Positions 8,988 through 19,041 of a stretch of DNA of 64,000 nucleotides are shown piece by piece. The stretch's first letter is position 1. Every line of letters starts with the position of its first letter. Location: NCBI GenBank assembly GCA_037443035.1, contig JBBIPC010000002.1:96001-160000 (forward strand), in the 5' to 3' direction. This stretch comes from Chthonomonadales bacterium. Its GTDB lineage: Bacteria; Armatimonadota; Chthonomonadetes; Chthonomonadales; CAJBBX01. Position numbers and translations under genes: made by a program. The notes beneath the pieces were generated by a model. That model did not search any database, was not told where the DNA came from, and saw only the letters and a program-made list of their open reading frames with translations.

Positions 8988-10742
8988 TTGCAGCCGACGA
9001 CTACACTCAGCAGCAGCGCCGCCCTAGTGTTGGCCGCTGTGGGTTTCGGGTGCGTGGTGGCCGCAGCGCAGGGAGCGCAAGCAGAACGTCGCGGTCTGCG
9101 TGTCTTGCGGTCGGAGGAGTTCGGTGCTGTGGGCGATGGCCGGGTAGATGACGGCCCGGCCATCGCCCGCATGCTTGCTGCGCTCACTCCTGGAGAGCGG
9201 ACGGTTATACGCTTCGAACCAGGACGCACCTACTATGTGCGTTCGGCACTGCGCCGCTACGTCTTTTCCCTCCACCAGCAAGCCAACCTGACGATCGAGG
9301 GGCAGGGATCTGAGTTCGATCTCGACCCTTGGCTCCGGTTCATGGACCTGCAGAAATGCCGCAAGGTTCGTATAAGAGGAATCCGCGTGGATTATCGGCC
9401 TCCGCCATTCGTGGAGGGTATCGTCTCCCATCGAGACCGAACTCGGCGGACCCTCACTGTCCGCCTGGACAGCGAAGAAGCGGCGAGACGGGCACTCGGC
9501 GGTCCCACCAGACAGGACGGCGAGCAGGCCTATTTCGGCATGCTCTGGTACCCTGGTCCCCATGCCACGGCGAGCAGGCATTGCTGGATCGCTAGTGTCG
9601 AACCCACCGGCGATCCCTACTACGTGATCGTCCATCCGACGGACGAGTTCACCGATTATGATGCCGTGGTTCCAGAAACGTGGCGCATGAGCCTGCCAGT
9701 GCCTGGCTCGGCCCATCGGTATGGACCGGGCCCATGCTTCCGCATCCGCGATTGCGCGAATGTCGCAGTGGACGACGTGGAACTCTGGTCAGCGCCATGG
9801 ATGGGTTTCGAGGTCTCTCGCAACAGCGGAGAGGTCACCTTCCGGCGCGTGCACGTACGCCCGAAGCCCGGCACGAACAGGCTCATGTCGACCTGGCGGG
9901 ACGGCTTCCACGTCAAGGGCAACCGGGGACGGCTGGTATGGGAGGATTGCTACCTCGCTGGCATGAACGACGACGCCTTCAACATCTCGACCCACTCCAG
10001 CTCGGTCCTGGAGGTCCTCGCGCCCAATCGGCTCCTGGTGCGGCAGAAGTTCCCGCTTCTCTACATCCCGTGGCACAAGGGCGACCGTGTCGTCGCTGCC
10101 GACGAAACAAGCAGACGCCTTCTCGGTTCAGCACGGGTTGCCGAAGCCGAGGAAGGCCCCTCGCCCGCGCCCATCGGTGGCGAGGAGACTGCTCCTCCCG
10201 TGACCCTGACCCTCGATAAGCCAATCTCAGGTCTCGCGCGCGCTGCGATGGTGTGGAACGCCGACGCGGCCAATCCCCGGACTGTTCTCCGGCGATGCCG
10301 CATCGAGCAGAGTTGCAGACTCCAGTCACCGGTAACCTTGGAGTATTGCCACGTGACCGGCCTACTGTGGTTCTACGCAGAGCGCGTCGAGGGCCCGTAC
10401 CCTGGCCCAGTGATCGTTCGAGACTGCACCCTCGAGCTAGGCCGTGGCAACCCTACCTACTGCTTGGTCTGCTCGGGCGGTTCCGATGGTGCCGGACAAG
10501 CACTGCCACCGAGAGCGTTGCACGACTTCCTTCTCTTGGGAAACACCGTGGCCGGAGGCGTGCTCATAGACGGAGTCGAGCGGCTCCGCGTCGAGCGAAA
10601 TCGCTTCTTGAATGCCAGGGATCCGTTGGTCGTTCGTGGCAACTCCGATGTGGTCTGGCAGGCCAACCGAGGTCCTGACGGAGAGTCCCTGTCCGTGCCA
10701 CCAGGAAACAGCGCTCGCCGGCCGCCGCGACCCAAGCGTTAA
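8988..10742 (+). CDS. Secreted right-handed beta-helix glycoside hydrolase, GH110 alpha-galactosidase-like
   Basis: Signal peptide; FGAVGDGRVDDGPAI pectin-lyase-fold start; STWRDGFH and GMNDDAFNI motifs resembling GH110. Confidence 0.65.
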   Translation: MQPTTTLSSSAALVLAAVGFGCVVAAAQGAQAERRGLRVLRSEEFGAVGDGRVDDGPAIARMLAALTPGERTVIRFEPGRTYYVRSALRRYVFSLHQQANLTIEGQGSEFDLDPWLRFMDLQKCRKVRIRGIRVDYRPPPFVEGIVSHRDRTRRTLTVRLDSEEAARRALGGPTRQDGEQAYFGMLWYPGPHATASRHCWIASVEPTGDPYYVIVHPTDEFTDYDAVVPETWRMSLPVPGSAHRYGPGPCFRIRDCANVAVDDVELWSAPWMGFEVSRNSGEVTFRRVHVRPKPGTNRLMSTWRDGFHVKGNRGRLVWEDCYLAGMNDDAFNISTHSSSVLEVLAPNRLLVRQKFPLLYIPWHKGDRVVAADETSRRLLGSARVAEAEEGPSPAPIGGEETAPPVTLTLDKPISGLARAAMVWNADAANPRTVLRRCRIEQSCRLQSPVTLEYCHVTGLLWFYAERVEGPYPGPVIVRDCTLELGRGNPTYCLVCSGGSDGAGQALPPRALHDFLLLGNTVAGGVLIDGVERLRVERNRFLNARDPLVVRGNSDVVWQANRGPDGESLSVPPGNSARRPPRPKR

Positions 10743-10761
10743 GACGTCGTAACAGGAGCCG

Positions 10762-12009
10762 CTATTCCGGCCTATGCCAGGCCAGAAGCTGGTCCCGGAG
10801 CATAGTGAGCGCCGTCTGCGTAGCGCGTGTGCGAATGTCTCGTCGCACACCGACGTACTGGCTGCGGACGACGTCCACGCCATCGAAGTGCGCCAGTGCA
10901 AGCCACACCAGTCCGACCGGCTTGTCCGGGGTTCCCCCGCTCGGACCAGCAATACCTGTGATACCTATGCCGAAACTCGCACCGAAGCGGTCCCGAACAC
11001 CTGAAGCCATGGCCGAGGCGACCTCGCCACTGACCGCTCCATGTGCGGCGATCAGCCCCTCCTCGACCCCAAGCAGAGCAACCTTCGCCTGATTGCTGTA
11101 CGCCACCACCCCGCCGAGAAAGACTTCGGAGCTGCCCGGTATGTCGGTGATTCTTCCCGCCAGCATGCCTCCTGTGCACGATTCCGCTGTGGCCACAGTA
11201 AGCTGTGCTTCGCGAAGCAGGCGTACGACGCTCGCCTCCAGGGGCTCGTCATCGAAAGCGTAGACGTGCGAACCCAGACGCCTTGCGATCTCGGCGACAA
11301 CGGGTCCTATGAGAGCATCGGCTTCCTCGGAACTGGCAGCCCTTGCCGTAACACGCAGGTGCACCTCACCTGTCTTGGCATACGGCGCTAGAGTCGGGTT
11401 GTCGGAAGCCATGAGATCCTTCACCCGGTCCTCGACCATGGCCTCGCCCATTCCGCATATACGGACGACCCTCGAGCGGATCGTCCAACCGCCGGTCTTC
11501 TCTCTGAGGATCGGTAGCACTTCGTTTTCCAGGATCGGGATGAACTCGCCGGGCGGACCAGGCAGCGCGAACACCATCTTCGGCGGGATGTCGAACAAGA
11601 GTCCTGGAGCAGTACCGTTAGGATTCGGCAGGGCCTTACCTGACGCGGGTACGTACGCCTGCCGCAACTGGCTTTCTAGCACAACCTGTCCGCGCGATTG
11701 GAAAAAGGACCGGAGATGGTCGGCGATGCCTCCGTCGAACACAAGAGGGACGCCGGTCGCCTCGGCCAGCACGTCCCGCGTAATGTCATCCATGGTAGGT
11801 CCCAACCCGCCGATAGTGAACACCACGTCGGCGGAGCTGAGAGCCTGTTGGAGTGCAGCGAGAAGCCGTTCCCGATTGTCTCCCACCGTCGAGCGACGGT
11901 AGACGCTGATACCCACCTCGGAGAGTACCCGGCTCAGGTAGGCCGCGTTCGTGTCTACGATCTGCCCCAACAGCAATTCGGTGCCTACCGAGACAATCTC
12001 CGCTACCAT
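10762..12009 (-). CDS. cinA: Competence/damage-inducible protein A (NMN deamidase fusion)
   Basis: AEIVSVGTELLLGQIVDTN, GGLGPTMDDITR, PNPNGTAPG, TAESCTGG, GIAGPSGGTPDKPVG. Real start is ATG at 12009. Confidence 0.95.
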   Translation of the reverse strand: MVAEIVSVGTELLLGQIVDTNAAYLSRVLSEVGISVYRRSTVGDNRERLLAALQQALSSADVVFTIGGLGPTMDDITRDVLAEATGVPLVFDGGIADHLRSFFQSRGQVVLESQLRQAYVPASGKALPNPNGTAPGLLFDIPPKMVFALPGPPGEFIPILENEVLPILREKTGGWTIRSRVVRICGMGEAMVEDRVKDLMASDNPTLAPYAKTGEVHLRVTARAASSEEADALIGPVVAEIARRLGSHVYAFDDEPLEASVVRLLREAQLTVATAESCTGGMLAGRITDIPGSSEVFLGGVVAYSNQAKVALLGVEEGLIAAHGAVSGEVASAMASGVRDRFGASFGIGITGIAGPSGGTPDKPVGLVWLALAHFDGVDVVRSQYVGVRRDIRTRATQTALTMLRDQLLAWHRPE

Positions 12010-12053
12010 GGTGCTCCCAATCCAAGGCCTGCCACAGACATCTGCTTCACAGC

Positions 12054-12083
12054 TTGCATTATACACAGCACGCGGGCTATGAT
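12054..12083. promoter_or_regulatory. Overlapping divergent sigma-70-type promoter elements (YHS gene / cinA)
   Basis: + strand TTGCAT(12054)-N18-TATGAT(12078); - strand perfect TATAAT at 12058-12063 upstream of cinA. Confidence 0.55.
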
Positions 12084-12145
12084 AGCAGACCGGACAAGCG
12101 CTCAGGGTACTCAGCTTGTCCGCATACCAACGAGGAGGCCCATCC

Positions 12146-12565
12146 ATGCGGAAGTACGTTCCTGCGGCGGCATTCCTGGCGCTGCTTGCAGTCGTCGTGC
12201 TGGCCGGACCGAAGGACACGAGCAAGTCGAAGAGCGCCACAGACGGCAAGTGTCCCTTCAGCACCGCTAAGTGTAGTGATTGTCCGGATACCCCCACGGA
12301 CTGCCCGTCCAAAGGCAAGCAGGCTACCAAGCCCACCGCCGCGAAGCCCGGCACCGTCGTCGTTCGATGTGAGAATGGGACCACACGCGTTATTGACGTG
12401 GCCAAGTACACCAAGGCTGGCAAGTACGCGGACTACAACGGTAAGCGCTACTACTTCGGGTGCCCCCAATGCGCCAAGGAGTTCAAGAAGGATCCCGCGG
12501 CGTATGCCAAGAGCCACCAGGGTTTCGCCATCCCCGTGGCGAACAAGAGGAAGGCTTCCAGTTAG
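12146..12565 (+). CDS. Secreted YHS-domain protein with Cys-rich N-terminal segment
   Basis: Signal peptide; YNGKRYYFGCPQCAKEFKKDPAAY YHS motif; GAGGAGG RBS. Confidence 0.8.
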   Translation: MRKYVPAAAFLALLAVVVLAGPKDTSKSKSATDGKCPFSTAKCSDCPDTPTDCPSKGKQATKPTAAKPGTVVVRCENGTTRVIDVAKYTKAGKYADYNGKRYYFGCPQCAKEFKKDPAAYAKSHQGFAIPVANKRKASS

Positions 12566-12590
12566 CTCTGGCCGCGAACACGATCTATGG

Positions 12591-12619
12591 CGGGGCCAGG
12601 CGAGACTACCCTGGCCCCG
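12591..12619 (+). terminator. GC-rich hairpin after the YHS gene (possible terminator or processing stem)
   Basis: CGGGGCCAGG-N9-CCTGGCCCCG perfect 10-bp stem; only a short T tract follows. Confidence 0.5.
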
Positions 12620-12641
12620 TTCCACAAGAGAGGTATCCCGG

Positions 12642-14555
12642 ATGATGTGGACCCTGCTTCTTGCTGCAGCGAGCCTTGTTGGTACCGATGTTGGCGCAAG
12701 TCGTGCCAGTGTTGTCATGCCGGATGATGCGCCAGTACGTGACCTCAACACGCATCATTGCCTCGTTCCGCCGCAGAGTCGCGCAGAATGGGAAGCCCGC
12801 GCCCGCTCTCTACGGACCCAGATTCTCGTGAGTGCCGGTCTGTGGCCAATGCCTGCGCGGACTCCACTGAAGCCGGTGGTCACCGGTCGAATCGAGCGCG
12901 AGGATTTCGTCGTCGAGAACGTAGCCATCGAGACGATGCCAGGTTTCCGGCTGTGCGGCAACTTGTACCGTCCGAAGGGCGGAAAGGGGCCGTTCCCAGC
13001 CATTGCCAATCCGCATGGTCATTGGAGCCATGGTCGCCTCGAGATGCAGCCCGACGTCGAGAGGGCTGCACCGCTGCCCGCTAAGCCAGGTGACGGGAGA
13101 GCGAACTTAACCGCTATCGGGGTCAACCTGGCCCGACAGGGCTTCGTCGTCTTCGCCTATGACATGGTCGGCTACAACGACACGAACCAGGTGAACCACC
13201 AGTTCGCGGGAAGCCTCGAACGCTGGTTCCACGGCATCAGCCTCATGGGCCTTCAGCTATGGAATAGCATTCGCGCCGTGGACTACCTCTGTTCGCTACC
13301 GGATGTGGATCGCAATCGCGTGGGGGTGACAGGTGCTTCAGGAGGAGGTACACAGACGTTCCTGCTCACGGCCGTGGACGACCGCATCAAGGCGTCCGTT
13401 CCCGTCAACATGGTCTCCGCCTACATGCAAGGCGGATGTCTTTGCGAGAATGGACCAGGGCTCCGGCTCGGTACGGATAACGTCGAGATCGCGGCCCTGG
13501 CTGCTCCGCGTCCGCTCCTCCTCATCTGCGCGACCGGCGACTGGACGAGTCATGTGCCGAAGGAGGAGTGGCCCGCGATCAAAGCCATCTACGATCTCTA
13601 TGGAGCGGGGGACCGTACCGCCTGCGTGCAGTTCAACTACGGTCACAATTACAACGTCGAGAGTCGCGAGGCCATGTACGCCTTCTTCGCTAGGTGGCTT
13701 CGCAATGACCCCACGCGGGCTCACCGGGAGTATCCCTTCGATCTGGACGCCTCGGCCATGCGCGTCTGGAACGAGACGACAGCAGCTCCTAAGGATCGGC
13801 TCGGTGAAACGGACCTGGCCGATGCCATCCTTCGCCGTTCACGGGACGCTCTACGTGGGATCTGGCCCAAGCGACCCACCGACCGCCGACGGTTCCGTCA
13901 GCAGATGCAGCCTGCGATTGCTGCGGCGCTGGGGATGGCCAGTGCGTCCGTACGAGTACCGCGAGCACGTGATGCGAACACCCGAGCCGTCCTGCTGGTG
14001 ACGGTCGAGGGGGAAACACCGGCACTGGCGGGTCAACTCAGGGAGGCCATCGGTGCGCGGTACCGTAGAGTCGTGCCTGTGCAGGTTCCGCCGATGCGTA
14101 TCACCGTAGACGAATGGTGGAAGGACTTTCGGTCTTGCTACAACCCCACACCGCTGGCGCTGGCCGCTCAACAGATCGTGCAGCGGATCTTGGAGCTAGC
14201 CGCCGAACACCATCAGGTCGACGTCATTGGGCTGGGTAGCGCAGGGCCGGCTGTACTCTATGCGCGCGCCGTTGCAGACATGCGTGGGATCGTGTTGGCG
14301 GACGTCTCGCAGGTTCAGGGCGGAGCTGCCAATCGTCTCGAGTGCGCCTACGCGCCGTGTCTCGAAGCCCTTGGCGGTATGGGCACAGCGATTGCGCTCA
14401 TTTCGCCCTCACCTGTCTTCCTGACTGGCGCGTCTCCGGACCTTGCCGGGATCTTGCCAGACGCCAGCTTCTCGACGGACGCGCTGACCGTGACCCTCGT
14501 CGGTTCCCGCCTCGACGAAGTTGTCCACGCCCTTACCACCGCCAGGGTCCGCTAG
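12642..14555 (+). CDS. Secreted alpha/beta-hydrolase, acetyl-xylan-esterase-like
   Basis: Signal peptide; NPHGHW, AYDMVGY, GVTGASGGGTQ nucleophile elbow, GGCLCEN, LAAPRPLL, HNYN. Confidence 0.8.
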   Translation: MMWTLLLAAASLVGTDVGASRASVVMPDDAPVRDLNTHHCLVPPQSRAEWEARARSLRTQILVSAGLWPMPARTPLKPVVTGRIEREDFVVENVAIETMPGFRLCGNLYRPKGGKGPFPAIANPHGHWSHGRLEMQPDVERAAPLPAKPGDGRANLTAIGVNLARQGFVVFAYDMVGYNDTNQVNHQFAGSLERWFHGISLMGLQLWNSIRAVDYLCSLPDVDRNRVGVTGASGGGTQTFLLTAVDDRIKASVPVNMVSAYMQGGCLCENGPGLRLGTDNVEIAALAAPRPLLLICATGDWTSHVPKEEWPAIKAIYDLYGAGDRTACVQFNYGHNYNVESREAMYAFFARWLRNDPTRAHREYPFDLDASAMRVWNETTAAPKDRLGETDLADAILRRSRDALRGIWPKRPTDRRRFRQQMQPAIAAALGMASASVRVPRARDANTRAVLLVTVEGETPALAGQLREAIGARYRRVVPVQVPPMRITVDEWWKDFRSCYNPTPLALAAQQIVQRILELAAEHHQVDVIGLGSAGPAVLYARAVADMRGIVLADVSQVQGGAANRLECAYAPCLEALGGMGTAIALISPSPVFLTGASPDLAGILPDASFSTDALTVTLVGSRLDEVVHALTTARVR

Positions 14556-14611
14556 CCCGCCCAAGTCGTTCGATACTGTTGCCTGGCACGTGTAACAAGA
14601 AGACCGAAACC

Positions 14612-16255
14612 ATGCTGTGGGCTATCCTTCGTATCCGATGGCGATCCATCTCGAACGCGTTCACCCGCTCTCCGCGAGCGGAACGCCAGCGTGCCTGGAC
14701 GGCCCTAGTCTCCTTCGCGGCAGGCGCATGTGTCATCGGCTGGCTCTCGCACGCGCTCTTTGTCCTACTCATTGGCCAGGAACGGTCCGGTTGGAGCGTC
14801 GTCCTGGCGAATCGGCTGCCGTCCCTGCTATTCTTCTGGGGCTTCTGGATGCTGACCATATCCGGCGTTACCGTCGCCATGGACCATCTCTATGCGCATC
14901 GGGAAATGGCCCTCCTCCTCACGGCGCCGGTGCCACCGCGAGGGGTGTTTGTGGCGAAATTCGTGGACATGGCGTTGAACAACGCGGAAGCATTCGGTGT
15001 GTTCGGGCTACCGATGGCCGTGTCTTACGCGATGGCCCGTGGCTATCTGACACCGGAGTACGCCTTGCGCTGCGTGGTGACATTGGCAGTGTTCTCTGCA
15101 GTGCCTACTGCCCTGGGAGTGCTCGGTGCCATCGCCATCATGCGCCTGCTTCCGACCGGTCGGCTGCGGGAGGTTTTCGGAGCCCTGTGGCTGGTTCTGC
15201 TCTCGCTCGCGTATATCGGGCTGAACGTCGGAGCACGCCGATTGGCAGATCCATCCAGCGCGACAGCTACATTGGAAGCGTTTCTTGCCGCGACCGGCCG
15301 TCCTGTGCTCGCCTACGGTCCCTGGGCCTGGGCTGGGTTCATTGTGTCCACGCCGACTGGCTATCCAGAAGCGTATACAGCGCTCTCGCTCCTTCTGGGC
15401 GCGGCGACTGCGAGCCTTCTCGTCGGAGGCGCGGTCAGTGAGCGCCTTCACTGGCGTGGCTGGGTCGGCAGTCAAGAAGCGCCTTCTGTTCCACGCGGAG
15501 TTCGCCGCGGCTCTCTTGGATCCGAGTTCTGGCTTCGTTGGCTGCCAGGACCGGTGCGAGCTTTCGCACTCAAGGACCTGCGCAGCATGCTACGGGACAT
15601 GCGGCAGATGTCCATGTTGCTCCTGCCGGCAGCCTGTATCGTCGTGTTGCTCTTCAACCTCTCGTTCGCTCCTGAGACACAATCAGGTCCTCGAGTGCTT
15701 GTCGCACTCTCGCTGCTACCACTCATCGGGGTCATCGCGTTGCGAATCGCCATGTCCAGCTATCTCGGCGAGGGAACGACCATCTGGGTGGCGCTTGCCA
15801 GTCCAGCCAGCCCCCTTGCCATTCTGTCGGGCAAGCTCTGGTATACGGCCTCCCTAGGGCTTCCCATGGCTCTCGTGGCCGCGGCTGCCTATGGAGCGTT
15901 GTACGGGGTGCACGGATCGGACCTTCTCGTGGTTCTCCTGCTGACATTGGCCGCGACGGTAACTCTGAGCGGCATATGCGTGGGTCTCGGGGCCAGGACG
16001 TTGGAGCTGTCTGCAGAGATCGGACGAGTGGTCGTGACGGGCAAGTCCCGGCTGCTCATCCTTGGTGCGCAGGCACTGTACACATCGGTAATTGTCGTCC
16101 TCATGACCGGCGCATGGCTGGCTACGGAGGCGCTCGGCGTTCCGCCGGTACTCGCGCAGACGGCGGCTCTCGTGGCAACCCTGGCAGCGTCGGTCGTGTC
16201 GGTTGGTCTGGCGATGCTCTGGGGCGCCCGCCGTCTGGAAACCCTAGAAGCCTGA
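14612..16255 (+). CDS. Putative ABC-2-type exporter permease subunit
   Basis: Many TM helices in two halves; LLLTAPV..RGVFVAK, KDLRSMLRD and EG...W.ALASP....ILSGKL motifs. Confidence 0.7.
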   Translation: MLWAILRIRWRSISNAFTRSPRAERQRAWTALVSFAAGACVIGWLSHALFVLLIGQERSGWSVVLANRLPSLLFFWGFWMLTISGVTVAMDHLYAHREMALLLTAPVPPRGVFVAKFVDMALNNAEAFGVFGLPMAVSYAMARGYLTPEYALRCVVTLAVFSAVPTALGVLGAIAIMRLLPTGRLREVFGALWLVLLSLAYIGLNVGARRLADPSSATATLEAFLAATGRPVLAYGPWAWAGFIVSTPTGYPEAYTALSLLLGAATASLLVGGAVSERLHWRGWVGSQEAPSVPRGVRRGSLGSEFWLRWLPGPVRAFALKDLRSMLRDMRQMSMLLLPAACIVVLLFNLSFAPETQSGPRVLVALSLLPLIGVIALRIAMSSYLGEGTTIWVALASPASPLAILSGKLWYTASLGLPMALVAAAAYGALYGVHGSDLLVVLLLTLAATVTLSGICVGLGARTLELSAEIGRVVVTGKSRLLILGAQALYTSVIVVLMTGAWLATEALGVPPVLAQTAALVATLAASVVSVGLAMLWGARRLETLEA

Positions 16256-16357
16256 GTTAGAGGATTTCGCTCTGGCGAGGCCGCTCTCGTGCCCGGGCCC
16301 CTTGCCCAGCCAGCCATGGTAGGATTCACTCTCATGCACGTCGTAGAGAGGCGCACC

Positions 16358-18961
16358 ATGCATCTCATACTCGTCATGCTTGCCGTCGGGAATGCGTCGG
16401 CTTCGCACGTTCCTACTGGAGTTGTAATGATGTCCCAGGTACCTTCCCGGGTACTTGCGTACCAGCCAAGCTCGGCCACTGCCACGCGGCGCTGGCAGGT
16501 GCAGTGCAGAAAGAAGCTGTTCGAGTTGATGATGGGCGGGCGCCAGCCGGCTCGGATCCCCCTGGCGCCGAAGGTGATTCGCCAGGTAGAGGTCCCTGGG
16601 GCTCCCTATGTGCTCGATGAAGTCACGATCCAAAGCTTGCCCGACCGCCGTGCCCATCTGTGGGTCGCTGCGCCCCGCCATACGAAGCGCAAGCATCCGC
16701 TCGTGCTAGCGATCCATGGCCACGGAGGAACTGGCGAGCAGATTGTACGGGGTGAATCCCTCTATTGGTATGGCAAGGCACTCGCTGAGATGGGCTACGT
16801 CGTGATCGCACCGGATGTGGGGTCGCACGAGCTGCAGCATCAGGCCTGGTGTCTTATGGGAGAACGGGTCTGGGACTGCATTCGGGCTCTCGACTATGCA
16901 GAGACTCGGAAGGATGTTGACCGAAGCCGTATGGCGGTCTGCGGGCTTTCCCTCGGTGGCGAGACAACCATGTACGTTGCGGCCCTGGATACGCGGCTCG
17001 AGGCCGTTTGCTCGTCCGGGTGGCTGACTACCGTAGCCAATATGCGCAACGGTCACTGTACTTGCTATGACTTTCCCGGATTGGCTGAGAACTTCGACTT
17101 CGCAGATATCTTCGGATGCATAGCGCCACGCCCTCTCGTGTGTGAGATTGGCGAGAAGGAGCGTGCCCCAGGAGGATTCCCCGTCTCCGTAGCGCGGCCG
17201 GCATTCGCCGAAATCCAGCGCGTCTACGCCGCATTCGGGAAGGCGAACAACGCAACGCTCACGATCCACCGGGGTGGGCATGTCTTCGTTGGCTATGACT
17301 TCTGGCCTATCCTGGCAAGGACGCTCGGCAATCAACCGCCATACAGGCCAGGCCGCGACTCGTGGGACGAGTGTCGGCGGCGTGGCGTCCTCTATGAACG
17401 CGCCATGGCACGAGCAACAGGCGTGCTTCGCGGATGGTGGGTTCTAAGGGACCCGAAGTTCGGCTTGCTGCCGCGCACGGTCACGGAACGTGTGTGGGCT
17501 CCTAACGACAACGCTGCCGACCTGCTCCCCTTCCTGTACCTCACCGAGGACTACACGGAGCAGGGCTACGCGCATGGGCTTCGCAAGATGCTATCGGACG
17601 AAGCACGCTTGTCCAACCGCCTGGGTGCTCTGCCCGATTGGTTCTCCCTCGAGACTGGGACTTGGGTCCATGCTACACCCGACGTGAACCGTATGATCTT
17701 CTGTGCTGCAGAGTACTGCAAGGACGGACTCATGCCGATGACGGAGGCCATGGGTCGCGGGCCATGGACCGAACGGATGATAGAGCTGATGGATGCCATC
17801 CTCCAGGCCGCTCCGGTAGAGACGGCCTACGGACGGATACCGGCTGCTGACACCGAGGTGAACGGCGACGTCCTGCAAGTCCTCGGCCGACTATACGCAA
17901 TGACCCGCGAACAGCGCTATCTCGACATGCTCCTGACCATCGCTGACGCGTACTGCTTCGAAGTGATACCGGGTACTGGCGGCATTCCTGCGTACAGATG
18001 GGACTTTGGCAAGCACACCGCGGTCGCAGACGCTTTCAGCCTCAATGACCACGGCAACGAGATCGTGCTGGGTCTGGTCGAAGCCTTCATCGCCGCCCAG
18101 TCCTTCGCACCAGAACGTGCCGAGAGATACCGCCCTCGGCTCCTCCGCATGGTCGGCCAGCTTCTCTCCAAGGCTAGGAACAACGATGGAATGTGGGTGG
18201 GTGAGGTCAGGGCGACGACCGGCCAGGTCCTGCAACCAGCCACGCCCGATACCTGGGGGTATGCTCTGTGCGGAGTCCTGGCCCTGGCCCGAGCGGCCGA
18301 TAGCCCCGAGCTTCGGGACGAGGTCGTCAGAGCGGTCGAATCGCTGCGCAAGCCGGTGTACGCGAACTGGAGCGGTGCGGATTCGTACGCAGATTCCATA
18401 GAGGGTGCCATACTACTCCAGAACCGGCTTCGCACGAGCGTTGTCGACTCGTGGCTCGATACCGTCCTTCCGATCTTCTTCGCCCACCAGAAGGACTCGG
18501 GCATTGTGGAAGGGTGGTATGGTGATGGCAACTTCGCACGAACGGCACTGATGGTTGCATTGTACGAATCGCAGGGTGTACGATGTGTTCCGTGGCAGAG
18601 CGGCCTTCGCTGTGGAGCCGTACGGACTGCAAGAGGCGTCCGATTGTCCATCCAGTCGGATGCACCATGGAATGGGCGTGTGATCTTCGATACTCCACGC
18701 CACCGAGAGGTGCTTGGCCTGGCGTGGGACTACCCACGGTTGAACCAGTGGCCGGAGTGGTTCGTAGTAGAGCATGGCAAGCGCTACGCCCTGCGCAAGA
18801 ACGGCGCTGCGACAGTGCTGGCGGCCGGCAGCGAGCTGGCAGCAGGTCTGCCTCTGAGCCTTCAAGCCGGCCAAGCCGCGACGATAGCGATAGACGAAGC
18901 GAGGGATGTGCCCCAGTCACCAGGCCAAGGGGAACAAACCACGCTGGCAAGCGTCCAATAA
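16358..18961 (+). CDS. Secreted two-domain protein: alpha/beta-hydrolase fused to a putative (alpha/alpha)-toroid glycosidase-like domain
   Basis: N-half has HGHG, GLSLGG, IAPRPL, GGH; C-half is helical and aromatic-rich (NAADLLPF, DHGNEI, WYGDGNFART). Start uncertain (16289-16358). Confidence 0.65.
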   Translation: MHLILVMLAVGNASASHVPTGVVMMSQVPSRVLAYQPSSATATRRWQVQCRKKLFELMMGGRQPARIPLAPKVIRQVEVPGAPYVLDEVTIQSLPDRRAHLWVAAPRHTKRKHPLVLAIHGHGGTGEQIVRGESLYWYGKALAEMGYVVIAPDVGSHELQHQAWCLMGERVWDCIRALDYAETRKDVDRSRMAVCGLSLGGETTMYVAALDTRLEAVCSSGWLTTVANMRNGHCTCYDFPGLAENFDFADIFGCIAPRPLVCEIGEKERAPGGFPVSVARPAFAEIQRVYAAFGKANNATLTIHRGGHVFVGYDFWPILARTLGNQPPYRPGRDSWDECRRRGVLYERAMARATGVLRGWWVLRDPKFGLLPRTVTERVWAPNDNAADLLPFLYLTEDYTEQGYAHGLRKMLSDEARLSNRLGALPDWFSLETGTWVHATPDVNRMIFCAAEYCKDGLMPMTEAMGRGPWTERMIELMDAILQAAPVETAYGRIPAADTEVNGDVLQVLGRLYAMTREQRYLDMLLTIADAYCFEVIPGTGGIPAYRWDFGKHTAVADAFSLNDHGNEIVLGLVEAFIAAQSFAPERAERYRPRLLRMVGQLLSKARNNDGMWVGEVRATTGQVLQPATPDTWGYALCGVLALARAADSPELRDEVVRAVESLRKPVYANWSGADSYADSIEGAILLQNRLRTSVVDSWLDTVLPIFFAHQKDSGIVEGWYGDGNFARTALMVALYESQGVRCVPWQSGLRCGAVRTARGVRLSIQSDAPWNGRVIFDTPRHREVLGLAWDYPRLNQWPEWFVVEHGKRYALRKNGAATVLAAGSELAAGLPLSLQAGQAATIAIDEARDVPQSPGQGEQTTLASVQ

Positions 18962-19041
18962 GAGCGTCCACCGCCTGCTGAATGCTGGCGCTACACGAAA
19001 GAACAGTACTCCTTGGACCGACACGGATCGTTGCCACTGCC

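Noticed and set aside
12010..12641. Long N-terminal extensions of cinA (to 12423) and of the esterase (from 12054)
   Set aside because: ORF-caller artefacts overlapping the YHS gene and promoter region; conserved or signal-peptide starts are at 12009 and 12642.
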